A DNA stretch of 64,000 nucleotides from Pseudomonadota bacterium (GCA_009926935.1 RFNZ01000003.1:16238-80237), one strand, 5' to 3'; shown: positions 11,267 to 19,914, counted from the first letter of the stretch. The notes: a model not told the origin generated them from the sequence alone. A program made the numbers and translations.

Positions 11267-12133
11267 ATGTCTCTTTTTTCGATTCCTACGCGCCGCCGCC
11301 AGATTTATGAAGGCAAGGCTAAAATCCTGTACGAAGGTCCTGAGCCGGGTACGGTTGTGCAGTACTTTAAAGATGATGCGACTGCTGGTAATGGCGCTAA
11401 AAAGGCGGTGATTGCCGGTAAGGGCATCCTCAATAACCGTATTTCCGCGCATCTGATGACGAGGCTTGAGGGGATCGGTGTGCCAACACACTTCATCAAG
11501 TCACTCAACATGCGCGAGCAATTGATACGTCAGGTTGAGATTATTCCGCTTGAAGTTGTAGTGCGTAATATTGCCGCGGGCTCGTTGTGCAAACGTCTCG
11601 GCCTTGCTGAAGGCAGCCGGTTACCGCGCCCTATTATTGAGTTTTATTATAAGAACGACGCGCTCGGTGATCCGATGGTCGCTGATGACCACATCTTTAC
11701 GTTCGGATGGGCGGACCCGTACGAACTGGAAGAGATGGTTTCTCTTGCTTACCGCACCAACGACTATCTGAACGGGCTTTTTGCCGGTGTTGGGCTCATG
11801 CTTGTTGATTTCAAATTGGAATTTGGCCGTATCTGGGGCGAGCAGGGCGAGCTGTACCTTGTACTTGCTGACGAGATCAGCCCTGATAATTGTCGTCTTT
11901 GGGACATCAAAACCAAAGAGAAAATGGACAAGGACCGCTTCAGGCAGGACCTTGGTGGCCTTATGGAAGCCTATCAGGAAGTTGCCGTGCGCCTTGGTAT
12001 TATCCCGCGTGAGGGCATCGTTCAGGGTGACAGTTTTAATGAAAAACTGGCTGCATCTCTTGAAGAAATAGAAAACGAGATGAGCCCGAACCGGACCATA
12101 CGCGCTATCAACAAAACCAAACCGATCAAGTGA
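11267..12133 (+). CDS. purC: SAICAR synthetase
   Basis: [29 protein letters not shown] and DKDRFR motifs. Confidence 0.97.
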   Translation: MSLFSIPTRRRQIYEGKAKILYEGPEPGTVVQYFKDDATAGNGAKKAVIAGKGILNNRISAHLMTRLEGIGVPTHFIKSLNMREQLIRQVEIIPLEVVVRNIAAGSLCKRLGLAEGSRLPRPIIEFYYKNDALGDPMVADDHIFTFGWADPYELEEMVSLAYRTNDYLNGLFAGVGLMLVDFKLEFGRIWGEQGELYLVLADEISPDNCRLWDIKTKEKMDKDRFRQDLGGLMEAYQEVAVRLGIIPREGIVQGDSFNEKLAASLEEIENEMSPNRTIRAINKTKPIK

Positions 12134-12135
12134 CC

Positions 12136-12369
12136 ATGAAAGCCATCATTCACGTCTCTCTTAAAAAAGCCATCCTCGACCCTCAGGGGAAGGCGATTGC
12201 AAACGCCCTCAAATCAATGGGGTTTGATGAGGTTGAAGAGGCGCGACAGGGCAAAGTGATTGAGTTGCAGCTAAACGGCAAAGGTGATGAAGCCCGTCTT
12301 CGCGACATGTGTGATCGCCTGCTAGCCAACCCCGTGATAGAAGATTATCGCATTGAGCTTGTTGCGTAA
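12136..12369 (+). CDS. purS: FGAM synthase subunit PurS
   Basis: LDPQG..RQGK..LLANPVIEDY. Confidence 0.95.
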   Translation: MKAIIHVSLKKAILDPQGKAIANALKSMGFDEVEEARQGKVIELQLNGKGDEARLRDMCDRLLANPVIEDYRIELVA

Positions 12370-12976
12370 TCATCCGGCTATACGGCCATCGCTCGAGACG
12401 CTTGTCAAAACGGACAAGTATTTCAAAAAGTTTTTTAAACAAGATGACATAGAGGCTATTGAGCATAGGCACAGGCCATGCTCATACGAGGCATTTGCCC
12501 GGACGATTGTAGGTCAACAGCTTTCAACCAAAGCGGCAGCAACAATATGGGGGCGCGTGCAATTGTTAGCTGACCCGTTTGAGCCAAAAAAGATACTAAA
12601 ACTTAAAGATGAATCTTTGCGTGCTGCCGGTTTGAGTGGCCAGAAAGTTATCTATCTGCGTGGATTGTCCGAGGCTGTTCACTCCAAGACCTTTGAACCT
12701 GAAAAGCTTAAAAAACTCTCGGATGAAGATGTGATAGAAACGATCACGGCACTCAAGGGTTTTGGGCGCTGGAGTGCTGAAATGGTACTGATGTTTGCGC
12801 TTGTACGGCCGGATGTTTTTTCAGGTGGCGATTTGGGTTTGCGCGAGGGGCTTAAGCGAGTTTTAAAACTGCCGGAACGGCCATCTGAAAAAGAGTCTGT
12901 TGTGCTGGCTGAACGTTGGGTAGGCCATCGCACTGCGGCATCACTATTGTTGTGGCATTCCCTACAAAAAACTTGA
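12353..12976 (+). CDS. DNA-3-methyladenine glycosylase II (AlkA-like HhH-GPD)
   Basis: TIVGQQLS..AAATIW, HhH LKGFGRWSAE, DLGL; start uncertain. Confidence 0.88.
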   Translation: MSLLRNHPAIRPSLETLVKTDKYFKKFFKQDDIEAIEHRHRPCSYEAFARTIVGQQLSTKAAATIWGRVQLLADPFEPKKILKLKDESLRAAGLSGQKVIYLRGLSEAVHSKTFEPEKLKKLSDEDVIETITALKGFGRWSAEMVLMFALVRPDVFSGGDLGLREGLKRVLKLPERPSEKESVVLAERWVGHRTAASLLLWHSLQKT

Positions 12977-13008
12977 TATTATTTACATAATACAATATTG
13001 TTTCCAGC

Positions 13009-13341
13009 ATGAAATCACTGGCAGCAGGTGCTTTTTTTATTAGTGTCATGGTCGTCAAAGCGGCTGCGCAGGTTGGTGCGCCATCTGTTACAACCGAACT
13101 TATACCATCAGACCGCATGCCAAGTATTGAGTTTAGCTTGCGTGGCCCCAAAGGTGAAATTGGAGCGTATATTGCCGGGTGCCATCTCATCGGCTCTAAA
13201 TCTGCGTTTGAATCCTTGTTGAGCTATTTCTCTTCCATGTCACGTCAAGCAGGTCTTGATCCATCAATGTTAGAAACAACAACTATCCCTTTGGCTATTG
13301 AACAAGCAAAGAAGCTTTGTGGCCAAACGCCAAGCGTTTAA
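13009..13341 (+). CDS. Hypothetical protein with possible signal peptide
   Basis: Fills the gap between alkA-like gene and nadK; hydrophobic N-terminus ending AAA. Confidence 0.5.
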   Translation: MKSLAAGAFFISVMVVKAAAQVGAPSVTTELIPSDRMPSIEFSLRGPKGEIGAYIAGCHLIGSKSAFESLLSYFSSMSRQAGLDPSMLETTTIPLAIEQAKKLCGQTPSV

Positions 13342-14099
13342 AATCCAAATTGTTCAGCTAAAATGCGGTCTTCCAGGCTGTTGCCTTCGGCGAACAGGAT
13401 GGTCGCTGTCACTGATTTATCCAAAATAATTTCTGTTGATGTGACATCGTCAACTTCGTGGAAATCGGCGATGGCGTGGACCCCTCTGCGATCGGCGTCC
13501 AGCACATCGATTTTGACTTTGGCGTTATCTTCCAACAAGGCACCAGACCAGCGCCGTGGGCGGAACGGGCAAATGGGTGTGAGCGCCAGTAAATTGGCAT
13601 TGAGCGGCAAAATTGGTCCGTAGGCTGAAAGATTATAGGCTGTTGACCCCATGGGTGTTGCGAGCAATACGCCGTCTCCCACCAGCTGTTCCACCCGTAT
13701 TTTACCATCGACAGTTATTTTGAGTTTGGCGGCTTGTACGCCTGTGCGTGTAATCGATACTTCGTTGAAGGCGATGTGTTCGCTTACGCTGCCATCTAGC
13801 TTTTTTGCTTGCATGCGTAGAGGATGCACATGAACAGGGGAGGATGCCTTGATCGCGGTTTCAAGATTATCGCTTGATCCGAATTCGTTCAGCAGAAACC
13901 CATGTGTACCGCGATGCAGGCCGTAAAAAGGCTTACCAAGATGTACGTGCTCGTGCAGTGTACGCAGCAAAAAACCATCACCACCCAAGGTTACGATGAC
14001 ATCAGCCTCTTTTGGTTCCACTGCGTTAATAGTCTTGCGCAGCACATCCATTTCAGGGGTGTTGTCGCGCTTTTTTGAGGCCAGAAGTGCGATTTTCAT
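13338..14099 (-). CDS. nadK: NAD kinase
   Basis: LGGDG, NE and GDGVLLATPMGSTAYNLSAYGP motifs. Confidence 0.95.
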   Translation of the reverse strand: MKIALLASKKRDNTPEMDVLRKTINAVEPKEADVIVTLGGDGFLLRTLHEHVHLGKPFYGLHRGTHGFLLNEFGSSDNLETAIKASSPVHVHPLRMQAKKLDGSVSEHIAFNEVSITRTGVQAAKLKITVDGKIRVEQLVGDGVLLATPMGSTAYNLSAYGPILPLNANLLALTPICPFRPRRWSGALLEDNAKVKIDVLDADRRGVHAIADFHEVDDVTSTEIILDKSVTATILFAEGNSLEDRILAEQFGF

Positions 14100-14770
14100 G
14101 CAGCGATATCTTCGCCTTTGCCGCCGTGCGCCACAGACCACGCAACAGGGTCTTTCAGGAATAATTCAACGGATTCAAGCACGGCGTTATCAAAGCGTTT
14201 TTCATCCCGTGCGAGTGCTATCACATCCTGCCAGTTGCAAAGGGCAAGGGTGTTCATGCCTAAATCCTTCATTTCCTTTTTTGTGCTTTCATGGCCGTAA
14301 GTGAAAATCACGAAGACGGTATCGACGACAGCTTCAGCGGCGCGCAGGGCGTCGACAAAAACCTTTACACTAACGCCATAATTTTGAAGATCTTCCGTGA
14401 TAATCACGCGGTTGCCGCGTGCGATATTTCCCTCGATTTGCGAGTTTGTGCCAATGTTTTTTGGTTTTTTGCGTACATATATCATGGGCTTTTGCAAACG
14501 ATCAGCAATAAAAGCGGCATAGGGAATGCCAGCTGTTTCACCGCCTGCTACCACATCTATATCTTTTGCATTCTGTTTAATGGTTTCCGCTGCAAAATCC
14601 ATGAGTGTCGAGCGTTCTTTGGTAAAGGAAATCAGGCGGCGGCAATCAACATACACAGGGCCTTTGCGGCCTGATGTGTATGTAAACGGTGGGTCCGCGC
14701 TGATCAGGACTGATTTTGTATCCAGCAGGATGCGTGCTGTGTCGCGGGCAATTTGTTCACGTGTCGCCAT
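14096..14770 (-). CDS. pyrE: Orotate phosphoribosyltransferase
   Basis: FTYTSGRKGPVYVDCR, AGGETAGIP, YVRKKPK and ITEDL motifs. Confidence 0.93.
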   Translation of the reverse strand: MATREQIARDTARILLDTKSVLISADPPFTYTSGRKGPVYVDCRRLISFTKERSTLMDFAAETIKQNAKDIDVVAGGETAGIPYAAFIADRLQKPMIYVRKKPKNIGTNSQIEGNIARGNRVIITEDLQNYGVSVKVFVDALRAAEAVVDTVFVIFTYGHESTKKEMKDLGMNTLALCNWQDVIALARDEKRFDNAVLESVELFLKDPVAWSVAHGGKGEDIAA

Positions 14771-14826
14771 GGCTTATCTCCCTTAGTTTGGGTCACGGTC
14801 TTTGTAGCGTGGAAATGCGCTTTTGG

Positions 14827-15474
14827 CTACTGGCTAACCCACAAAATACGAGCGAGCCACAGTACATCGTTCATGGCGATAGTGCGGCTTTCATGGGCAG
14901 GGTTTAGTGATTTCAGCTCGATTTTTTGGGCTGTTTTTCGTGCGAGTTCCTTGGCCATGACTTCACCGTTTTTGGTTTTCATGACCACGCGGTCGCCTTT
15001 ACGAAGCTGGGCCGTAGGGCTTACCACGATGACATCGCCGTCGCGGTAAAGTGGCAGCATGGAATCTCCCTGAATCTCGAGTGCATAGGCATGATCGTCG
15101 ATGGATTGTGTGTCAGGAAAGCGAACCTCATCCCATCCGCTGCCAGCTGGAAAGCCTGAATCATCGAAATAGCCATCGCGGCCTGCTTGTGCAAGGCCAA
15201 TCAGAGGGATAGGCCTTACAGCACGCGAAGATACCGTGATTTGCCGCATTTCAACGAGGCCGATGAAATCCGTCATTGTGGTTTCAGTAACCGAGAGGAT
15301 CTTTGCGATACTCTCCGTCGAAGGCCAGCGGGGCTTGCCCTCCGGGCTGATGCGTTTGGAACGATTGAAGGCGGTTGGGTCAAGGCCAGCTCGCTTCGCA
15401 AGCCCTGATGTTGAGAAGCCCGTATTTTCGGCGAGTTTGTCGATGGCGATCCAGATGGCGTCGTGAGAGATCAT
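14827..15474 (-). CDS. XRE-HTH + S24 peptidase CI-like repressor (RogA-like)
   Basis: HTH STSGLAKRAGLDPTAFNRSKR..PRWPSTESIAKIL; Ala-Gly site (AQAG), catalytic Ser (GDSM) and Lys (MAKEL). Confidence 0.9.
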   Translation of the reverse strand: MISHDAIWIAIDKLAENTGFSTSGLAKRAGLDPTAFNRSKRISPEGKPRWPSTESIAKILSVTETTMTDFIGLVEMRQITVSSRAVRPIPLIGLAQAGRDGYFDDSGFPAGSGWDEVRFPDTQSIDDHAYALEIQGDSMLPLYRDGDVIVVSPTAQLRKGDRVVMKTKNGEVMAKELARKTAQKIELKSLNPAHESRTIAMNDVLWLARILWVSQ

Positions 15475-15502
15475 GTGAGGGGGTGTGTCTTCTAAAAGGT
15501 TC

Positions 15503-15554
15503 TAGGAAAACTGTCATATAGGAATCGGTTATCGTAAATAGGATATAATTCCTA
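15503..15554. promoter_or_regulatory. Tandem repressor operators TAGGA-N6-TCCTA
   Basis: Perfect TAGGA-TATAAT-TCCTA at 15539-15554; one-mismatch TAGGA-AAACTG-TCATA at 15503-15518; partial TAGGA-N8-TCGTA at 15519-15536. Confidence 0.75.
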
Positions 15555-15563
15555 AAATAATTG

Positions 15564-15608
15564 TTGACGCAGGCGTGTTGTTCGTTCAGTTTAGAACAAA
15601 ACAGGAAC
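15564..15608 (+). promoter_or_regulatory. Sigma70-like promoter with alphaproteobacterial LexA (SOS) box
   Basis: TTGACG(15564)-17 nt-CAGTTT(15587); GAAC-AAAACAG-GAAC at 15594-15608 matches GAAC-N7-GAAC. Confidence 0.72.
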
Positions 15609-15629
15609 AAAGCAACCCGAAAGTCAGCC

Positions 15630-16088
15630 ATGCCCAAACCACCACGCGCTCCCGTCCAGACAAGCCTTCATACCACAGTTCCTTTCGATACGACTGAGGA
15701 AGTCTGGTTCTGGTTTATACAGGCCAATGAGGCAAGGCTCGATGGTGCGCGCTTTACGGCTGTGCGCGGCAATGTCCGGCGCCCGTGCGAGCCCGTTGAT
15801 ATTTTGCGCATTCTTGATCGTTTGTATCGTTCGCGCCGCCTGATGATGGATCATTTGCGTGTGCTGCGCTTTTACGGCATACGGCAAATGCCGCCTGAGG
15901 GCTGGCGCAAGTCAGAAGCGCGGGCCGCAACATTATGGGCGGAAGCCATGCGCGCGCTTGAGCCCATTTTTGTCTCTAAGAAAATCATGAAAGACCCATT
16001 TGTACGCATGGTGGATGCACACCGTGTTGTCGTGCCTCTTTGGGGTTTGCCTCAGTCATCCCAATCCATGAATGAGGCATGTCCATGA
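15630..16088 (+). CDS. Hypothetical basic protein, first gene of virion cluster (candidate regulator)
   Basis: 152 aa Arg-rich helical protein (EEVWFWF..RPCEPVDILRILDRLYR); start moved to ATG 15630. Confidence 0.8.
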   Translation: MPKPPRAPVQTSLHTTVPFDTTEEVWFWFIQANEARLDGARFTAVRGNVRRPCEPVDILRILDRLYRSRRLMMDHLRVLRFYGIRQMPPEGWRKSEARAATLWAEAMRALEPIFVSKKIMKDPFVRMVDAHRVVVPLWGLPQSSQSMNEACP

Positions 16089-16453
16089 GTGCGTTTTATA
16101 TTGTTTTTTCAGGCAAGACCGATGTCTGGTGGCTGCGGCTTTTGAGACCAGGATTCAGGCATTGTTTTGCACTTGTGCGTGATACGGAGCGATGGATTGT
16201 CGTTGATCCGATGCTACACAAGATGGAAGTGCTGACAACCGCGTGCCCGCATGATTTTGATTTGCCTGCGTGGATGCGCGCACGCGGATACCGTGTTTTG
16301 CGTGTTCCGGTGCTTACACCGATGCGCCGTGCTTTGGCACCGGCCCCTTTTACATGCGTTGAAGCCATGAAGCGACTGATCGGCCTTCAGGAATGGCGCA
16401 TTTTCACGCCTTGGCAGCTTTATCGGCGCCTTGTCGCCCTCAATTCACAGTAA
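16085..16453 (+). CDS. Hypothetical phage protein, possible permuted papain-like fold
   Basis: PGFRHCF...FTCVEAMKR..TPWQLY; ATGA overlap. Confidence 0.75.
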   Translation: MSAFYIVFSGKTDVWWLRLLRPGFRHCFALVRDTERWIVVDPMLHKMEVLTTACPHDFDLPAWMRARGYRVLRVPVLTPMRRALAPAPFTCVEAMKRLIGLQEWRIFTPWQLYRRLVALNSQ

Positions 16454-16464
16454 GGAGAAAAATC

Positions 16465-16713
16465 ATGGGAAGCCTTTTTACAAAACCAAAATTGCCTGAC
16501 CCGGTCAGCTATGCGTATGTGCCGCCGGCCCAGTCGGCACCTGCACCTATATCAACGCCGCCAGCAGGCAGTGAAGCCGATCCGGATGTCGATCGTGCCA
16601 AGACGCTTGTACAAAAAAAGCGGTCCTTGCCGCAGACCATTGAAACGTCGTTTCGCGGTGTTCTTGCGCAAGCCGATTTTGTGCCTGCGCGCAAAAGCCT
16701 TTTAGGAGAATAA
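16465..16713 (+). CDS. Small pre-portal virion protein (T7 gp7.3-like position)
   Basis: AAGGAG RBS; Pro-rich N-terminus, C-terminal RKSLLGE, directly before portal. Confidence 0.75.
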   Translation: MGSLFTKPKLPDPVSYAYVPPAQSAPAPISTPPAGSEADPDVDRAKTLVQKKRSLPQTIETSFRGVLAQADFVPARKSLLGE

Positions 16714-16716
16714 AAC

Positions 16717-18195
16717 ATGAAACCATCATCAAATATCGTATCTGACGCGGCGTCAAAAATTTCCCAATCCTATGCACAGGCGCGCAGCCGTCGCGCTGTT
16801 TGGGAAGGTGTTTGGCGTGATTGTTATTCGTATGCGTTGCCTCATGCGGATGCATTTCAGTCGCGTTCTACCGCAAACCAGATTTTTGACGGTACGGCCA
16901 TGGATGCGGTTGACCAACTTGCATCATCACTTCTGGCTAACCTTACGCCTCCGTGGTCCTCTTGGTTTGGGCTCAAACCGGGGCCGGAGCTAAGTATTGC
17001 CGAAGCTGAATCACTTGCCCCACTGCTTGAGGGTGCGGCCCGTGTCATGCAGGCACATTTTGACAGATCGAATTTTGCGGTCGAGATGCATCAGGCCTTT
17101 TTGGATCTGGTTACCGCAGGTACCGGTACGCTTTTGTTTGAAGAGGCAGGTGTTGGGCAAATGGCGGCTTTTAAATTTTCGGCCTTGCCGCTTTCAACCG
17201 TCACGCTTGATGAAAGCCTTTCTACCGGACGTCTGGAAACAGTCTACCGCGAAACAAAAATGACGATTTCTGGTATCCAGGCACGTTTCCCAAAGGCCCA
17301 ATTGCCAGCGGCGCTTTTGCGTGAAAAAGACGATGATAAAACTTTTACCATCCTTGAAAGCGCCATACCTGACGCTGAGAAGCCTTTTATCGGGTATGTG
17401 GTTGTTTTGACAGAGCCTTATGAAACGGTGCTTCTGGAAACGCAAATACCAGCTTCGCCATTTATCGCTTTTCGTTGGGCTAAAGCCCCCGGTGATACTT
17501 ACGGGCGATCACCTGTCATGAAGGCGCTTCCGGATATCAAGACGGCCAACAAGGTTGTCGAGCTTATCTTAAAAAATGCGTCCATTGCCGTCACAGGTAT
17601 ATGGCAGGCGGATGATGACGGTGTTCTTAACCCCGCAACGATAGAGCTTACACCGGGGGCCATTATCCCGAAAGCCGTTGGCTCTGCCGGTTTGCGCCCC
17701 TTGGAAATGCCGGGCAGGTTTGATGTCAGTCAGCTTGTACTTGATGATTTGCGTGCTCGCATTCGTCATGCGCTTTTGACCGACCGGCTTGGCCAAATCG
17801 GCGATCGCCGGATGACGGCAACGGAAGTGCTTGAACGTAGTTCAGAGATGGCATTGCTTTTAGGCGCTACGTATGGCCGCCTGCAATCGGAGTTGCTAAC
17901 GCCACTTATCCAGCGCGGCTGGAACATTTTGCGTCGACGCGGTGAAGTGCCGGATGTGTCTATTGATGGGCGCACCGTGCAGCTGGATTACCGAAGCCCG
18001 CTTGCGCGTGCGCAGGGGCAGCGCGGTGTTGCCAATACCATCAACTGGGTCACGACTACCCTTGCCATGGGCGAGGAAGCCGCAAGCGCTATTGATCTTG
18101 CCGGTGCTGCCCGCTTTATCGGCGAAGCACTTGGCGTGCCCAGCGACATTATCCGCAAAGACCTGTCATCCATCACCAAGGAGAACCAAACATGA
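16717..18195 (+). CDS. Podovirus portal (head-tail connector, T7 gp8 family)
   Basis: D.TA.DAVDQLASSLLANLTPP..WF, RW...PGDTYGRSP, RMTATEVLER and GRLQSELLTPLI motifs. Confidence 0.92.
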   Translation: MKPSSNIVSDAASKISQSYAQARSRRAVWEGVWRDCYSYALPHADAFQSRSTANQIFDGTAMDAVDQLASSLLANLTPPWSSWFGLKPGPELSIAEAESLAPLLEGAARVMQAHFDRSNFAVEMHQAFLDLVTAGTGTLLFEEAGVGQMAAFKFSALPLSTVTLDESLSTGRLETVYRETKMTISGIQARFPKAQLPAALLREKDDDKTFTILESAIPDAEKPFIGYVVVLTEPYETVLLETQIPASPFIAFRWAKAPGDTYGRSPVMKALPDIKTANKVVELILKNASIAVTGIWQADDDGVLNPATIELTPGAIIPKAVGSAGLRPLEMPGRFDVSQLVLDDLRARIRHALLTDRLGQIGDRRMTATEVLERSSEMALLLGATYGRLQSELLTPLIQRGWNILRRRGEVPDVSIDGRTVQLDYRSPLARAQGQRGVANTINWVTTTLAMGEEAASAIDLAGAARFIGEALGVPSDIIRKDLSSITKENQT

Positions 18196-18455
18196 TTGAT
18201 TTTTTGAGAAAGTTTTTATCGAGCCCGCTATTGCAGGAGCCAAAAACAGTCGTCCCGCTGCGGGAAGATGCGCCGCGCATATTTGCCCGCGTTTTCGGCC
18301 AAGATGACGGGCAGCGTGTGCTTTCGTATTTGCGCGCCACTGTTAATGCCCGTTCGGCAGGGCCTGAATCCAGCGAGGCCATGCTTCGTTACATGGACGG
18401 GCAACGTGCCCTTTTGCAAACCATCCAAGGCCTTGTGGATCAGGGTCGCGGTTAA
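18192..18455 (+). CDS. Small post-portal protein (Bbp19-like)
   Basis: FARVF..DDGQRVLSYLR..LRYMDGQR, typical of the gene between portal and scaffold in podoviruses. Confidence 0.75.
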   Translation: MIDFLRKFLSSPLLQEPKTVVPLREDAPRIFARVFGQDDGQRVLSYLRATVNARSAGPESSEAMLRYMDGQRALLQTIQGLVDQGRG

Positions 18456-18471
18456 ACCACAGGAGAGAAAA

Positions 18472-19188
18472 ATGACTGAGACAAACCTACTTGCCGCGCA
18501 ACCCGTCGTTGCCGGTAAACCGAATGGCCTTCCAGACAAGTTCTGGGATTCCGAAACCAATTCAGTGCGCATGGACGATCTTGTGAAATCCTATTGTGCG
18601 CTCGAGAAAAAAATGTCAGCCGGTTTTTCTATGCCGGATGATGAGGAAGGGCGCATGAAAGTACTGCGTGCTCTTGGCGTGCCTGAGACACCGGATGCCT
18701 ATCAGGTTACTGTTAAGGACAATCTGCTCGAGCCGGATATGGAAGTGAACAAGCGCCTTCATGCAAAGGGTTTTACCCCTGAGCAGGTTCAGGAAGTTTA
18801 TGATCTGGCAGCGGACCGCTTGGTACCGATGATTTTGGATATTGCTGCTGAATTTCAGGCGGAACGCGAGATCGAGCGCCTTGTAGAAGCTTTTGGCGGG
18901 CCTGAGCAATGGCGAGAGGTTTCACGCCAGCTTCTGGCCTTTGGCCGCAAAAACCTTCCGCCGGCAGTCCTTGAAGGTCTTTCGGGTTCGTATGACGGTG
19001 TCATGGCCCTTCACCGCATGATGAAGGGTGATGCTCCTGCAATGCTTGATAGTGCCAAAGCTACGGGCGCTGTCACTGAGGCTGAACTGCAAAGTCTGAT
19101 GCGTGATCCTAAATACTGGCGTGACCGTGACCCTGCGACTATGGCTAAGGTTACTGACGGGTTTAAGCGGATATACGGCAAGAACTAA
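18472..19188 (+). CDS. Capsid assembly scaffolding protein
   Basis: KP..LPDKFWD..L.KSY.ALEKK, PETPDAY and LMRDPKYW motifs; AGGAG RBS. Confidence 0.82.
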   Translation: MTETNLLAAQPVVAGKPNGLPDKFWDSETNSVRMDDLVKSYCALEKKMSAGFSMPDDEEGRMKVLRALGVPETPDAYQVTVKDNLLEPDMEVNKRLHAKGFTPEQVQEVYDLAADRLVPMILDIAAEFQAEREIERLVEAFGGPEQWREVSRQLLAFGRKNLPPAVLEGLSGSYDGVMALHRMMKGDAPAMLDSAKATGAVTEAELQSLMRDPKYWRDRDPATMAKVTDGFKRIYGKN

Positions 19189-19192
19189 GAAT

Positions 19193-19220
19193 AAAAAACC
19201 CGCCATCTGGCGGGTTTTTT
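19193..19220. terminator. Bidirectional intrinsic terminator between scaffold and PilZ genes
   Basis: AAAAAACCCGCCA-TC-TGGCGGGTTTTTT. Confidence 0.88.
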
Positions 19221-19606
19221 TAAGCCTGCTGTTCAGATTCAGGTTTTAGGGCCATCGTGCTTTCTATGACTTTTGAGAAGGCGCTCTGGATTTTTTTCGG
19301 AACGTCGATGAATTCAAGGGCGACATTCACTTTACTGGCGCGGATGACGCGCGCTTTGACCGGAATTTCAGTTACGACATCGCTCAGTTTGAATTTCATT
19401 ACAACGCTGCATTCAGTGTTTGATTCAAACACTCTGCCATCAGCTTCAAACAGCACGCCGCATTGTGACCAGTCACGTACGGGATAATTGGTGCCATCCA
19501 CTTGAGCTACGCATATATCGGTCATACGGCGGGGGAAGCGGCGGCGCGTGGCTTCCTTGTTGTCGTTAATGGCGCTTTGCAGGCTTTTCAGGATTTTTTC
19601 GTTCAT
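19220..19606 (-). CDS. Stand-alone PilZ-domain protein
   Basis: RRRFPR (RxxxR) and DWSQCG (DxSxxG) c-di-GMP-binding motifs. Confidence 0.85.
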   Translation of the reverse strand: MNEKILKSLQSAINDNKEATRRRFPRRMTDICVAQVDGTNYPVRDWSQCGVLFEADGRVFESNTECSVVMKFKLSDVVTEIPVKARVIRASKVNVALEFIDVPKKIQSAFSKVIESTMALKPESEQQA

Positions 19607-19652
19607 GAAGCGCAATGTACCATTTTTGTATGGAGCCGGTCAAAAAAGTGTG

Positions 19653-19681
19653 TTGACAAACTAGGAAATTAATCCTAAAGT
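19653..19681 (+). promoter_or_regulatory. Sigma70 promoter of capsid operon with embedded operator
   Basis: TTGACA(19653)-17 nt-TAAAGT(19676); TAGGA-AATTAA-TCCTA at 19662-19677. Confidence 0.8.
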
Positions 19682-19914
19682 ACTTTTGTAAACACCACAC
19701 ATGCGCCTAAAAAGCGCGTGTTACGAGGGGGTTGGTGTTTCCCCCTCCATTTTATCTTCTTATCTTTTTTTTACAGGCGAGAGACAACGGGATGGCTATC
19801 GGGCCATCCCGCCTTTCGTTTTTTACCCGACTCATTGCCGCGGCTTTGCCTGCGAAAACAGTGTTCAGGGCCTCTCCCCCAAAACCAACTATCAACCAGA
19901 AAGGAAGGACAAGC

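Noticed and set aside
12020-12133. PurC C-terminal extension as a fused extra domain
   Set aside because: Only about 35-40 residues of helical tail with no recognisable motif
19732-19914. N-terminal extension of the capsid ORF in the ORF track
   Set aside because: Non-ATG start in a hairpin/T-rich leader; a strong RBS precedes ATG 19915
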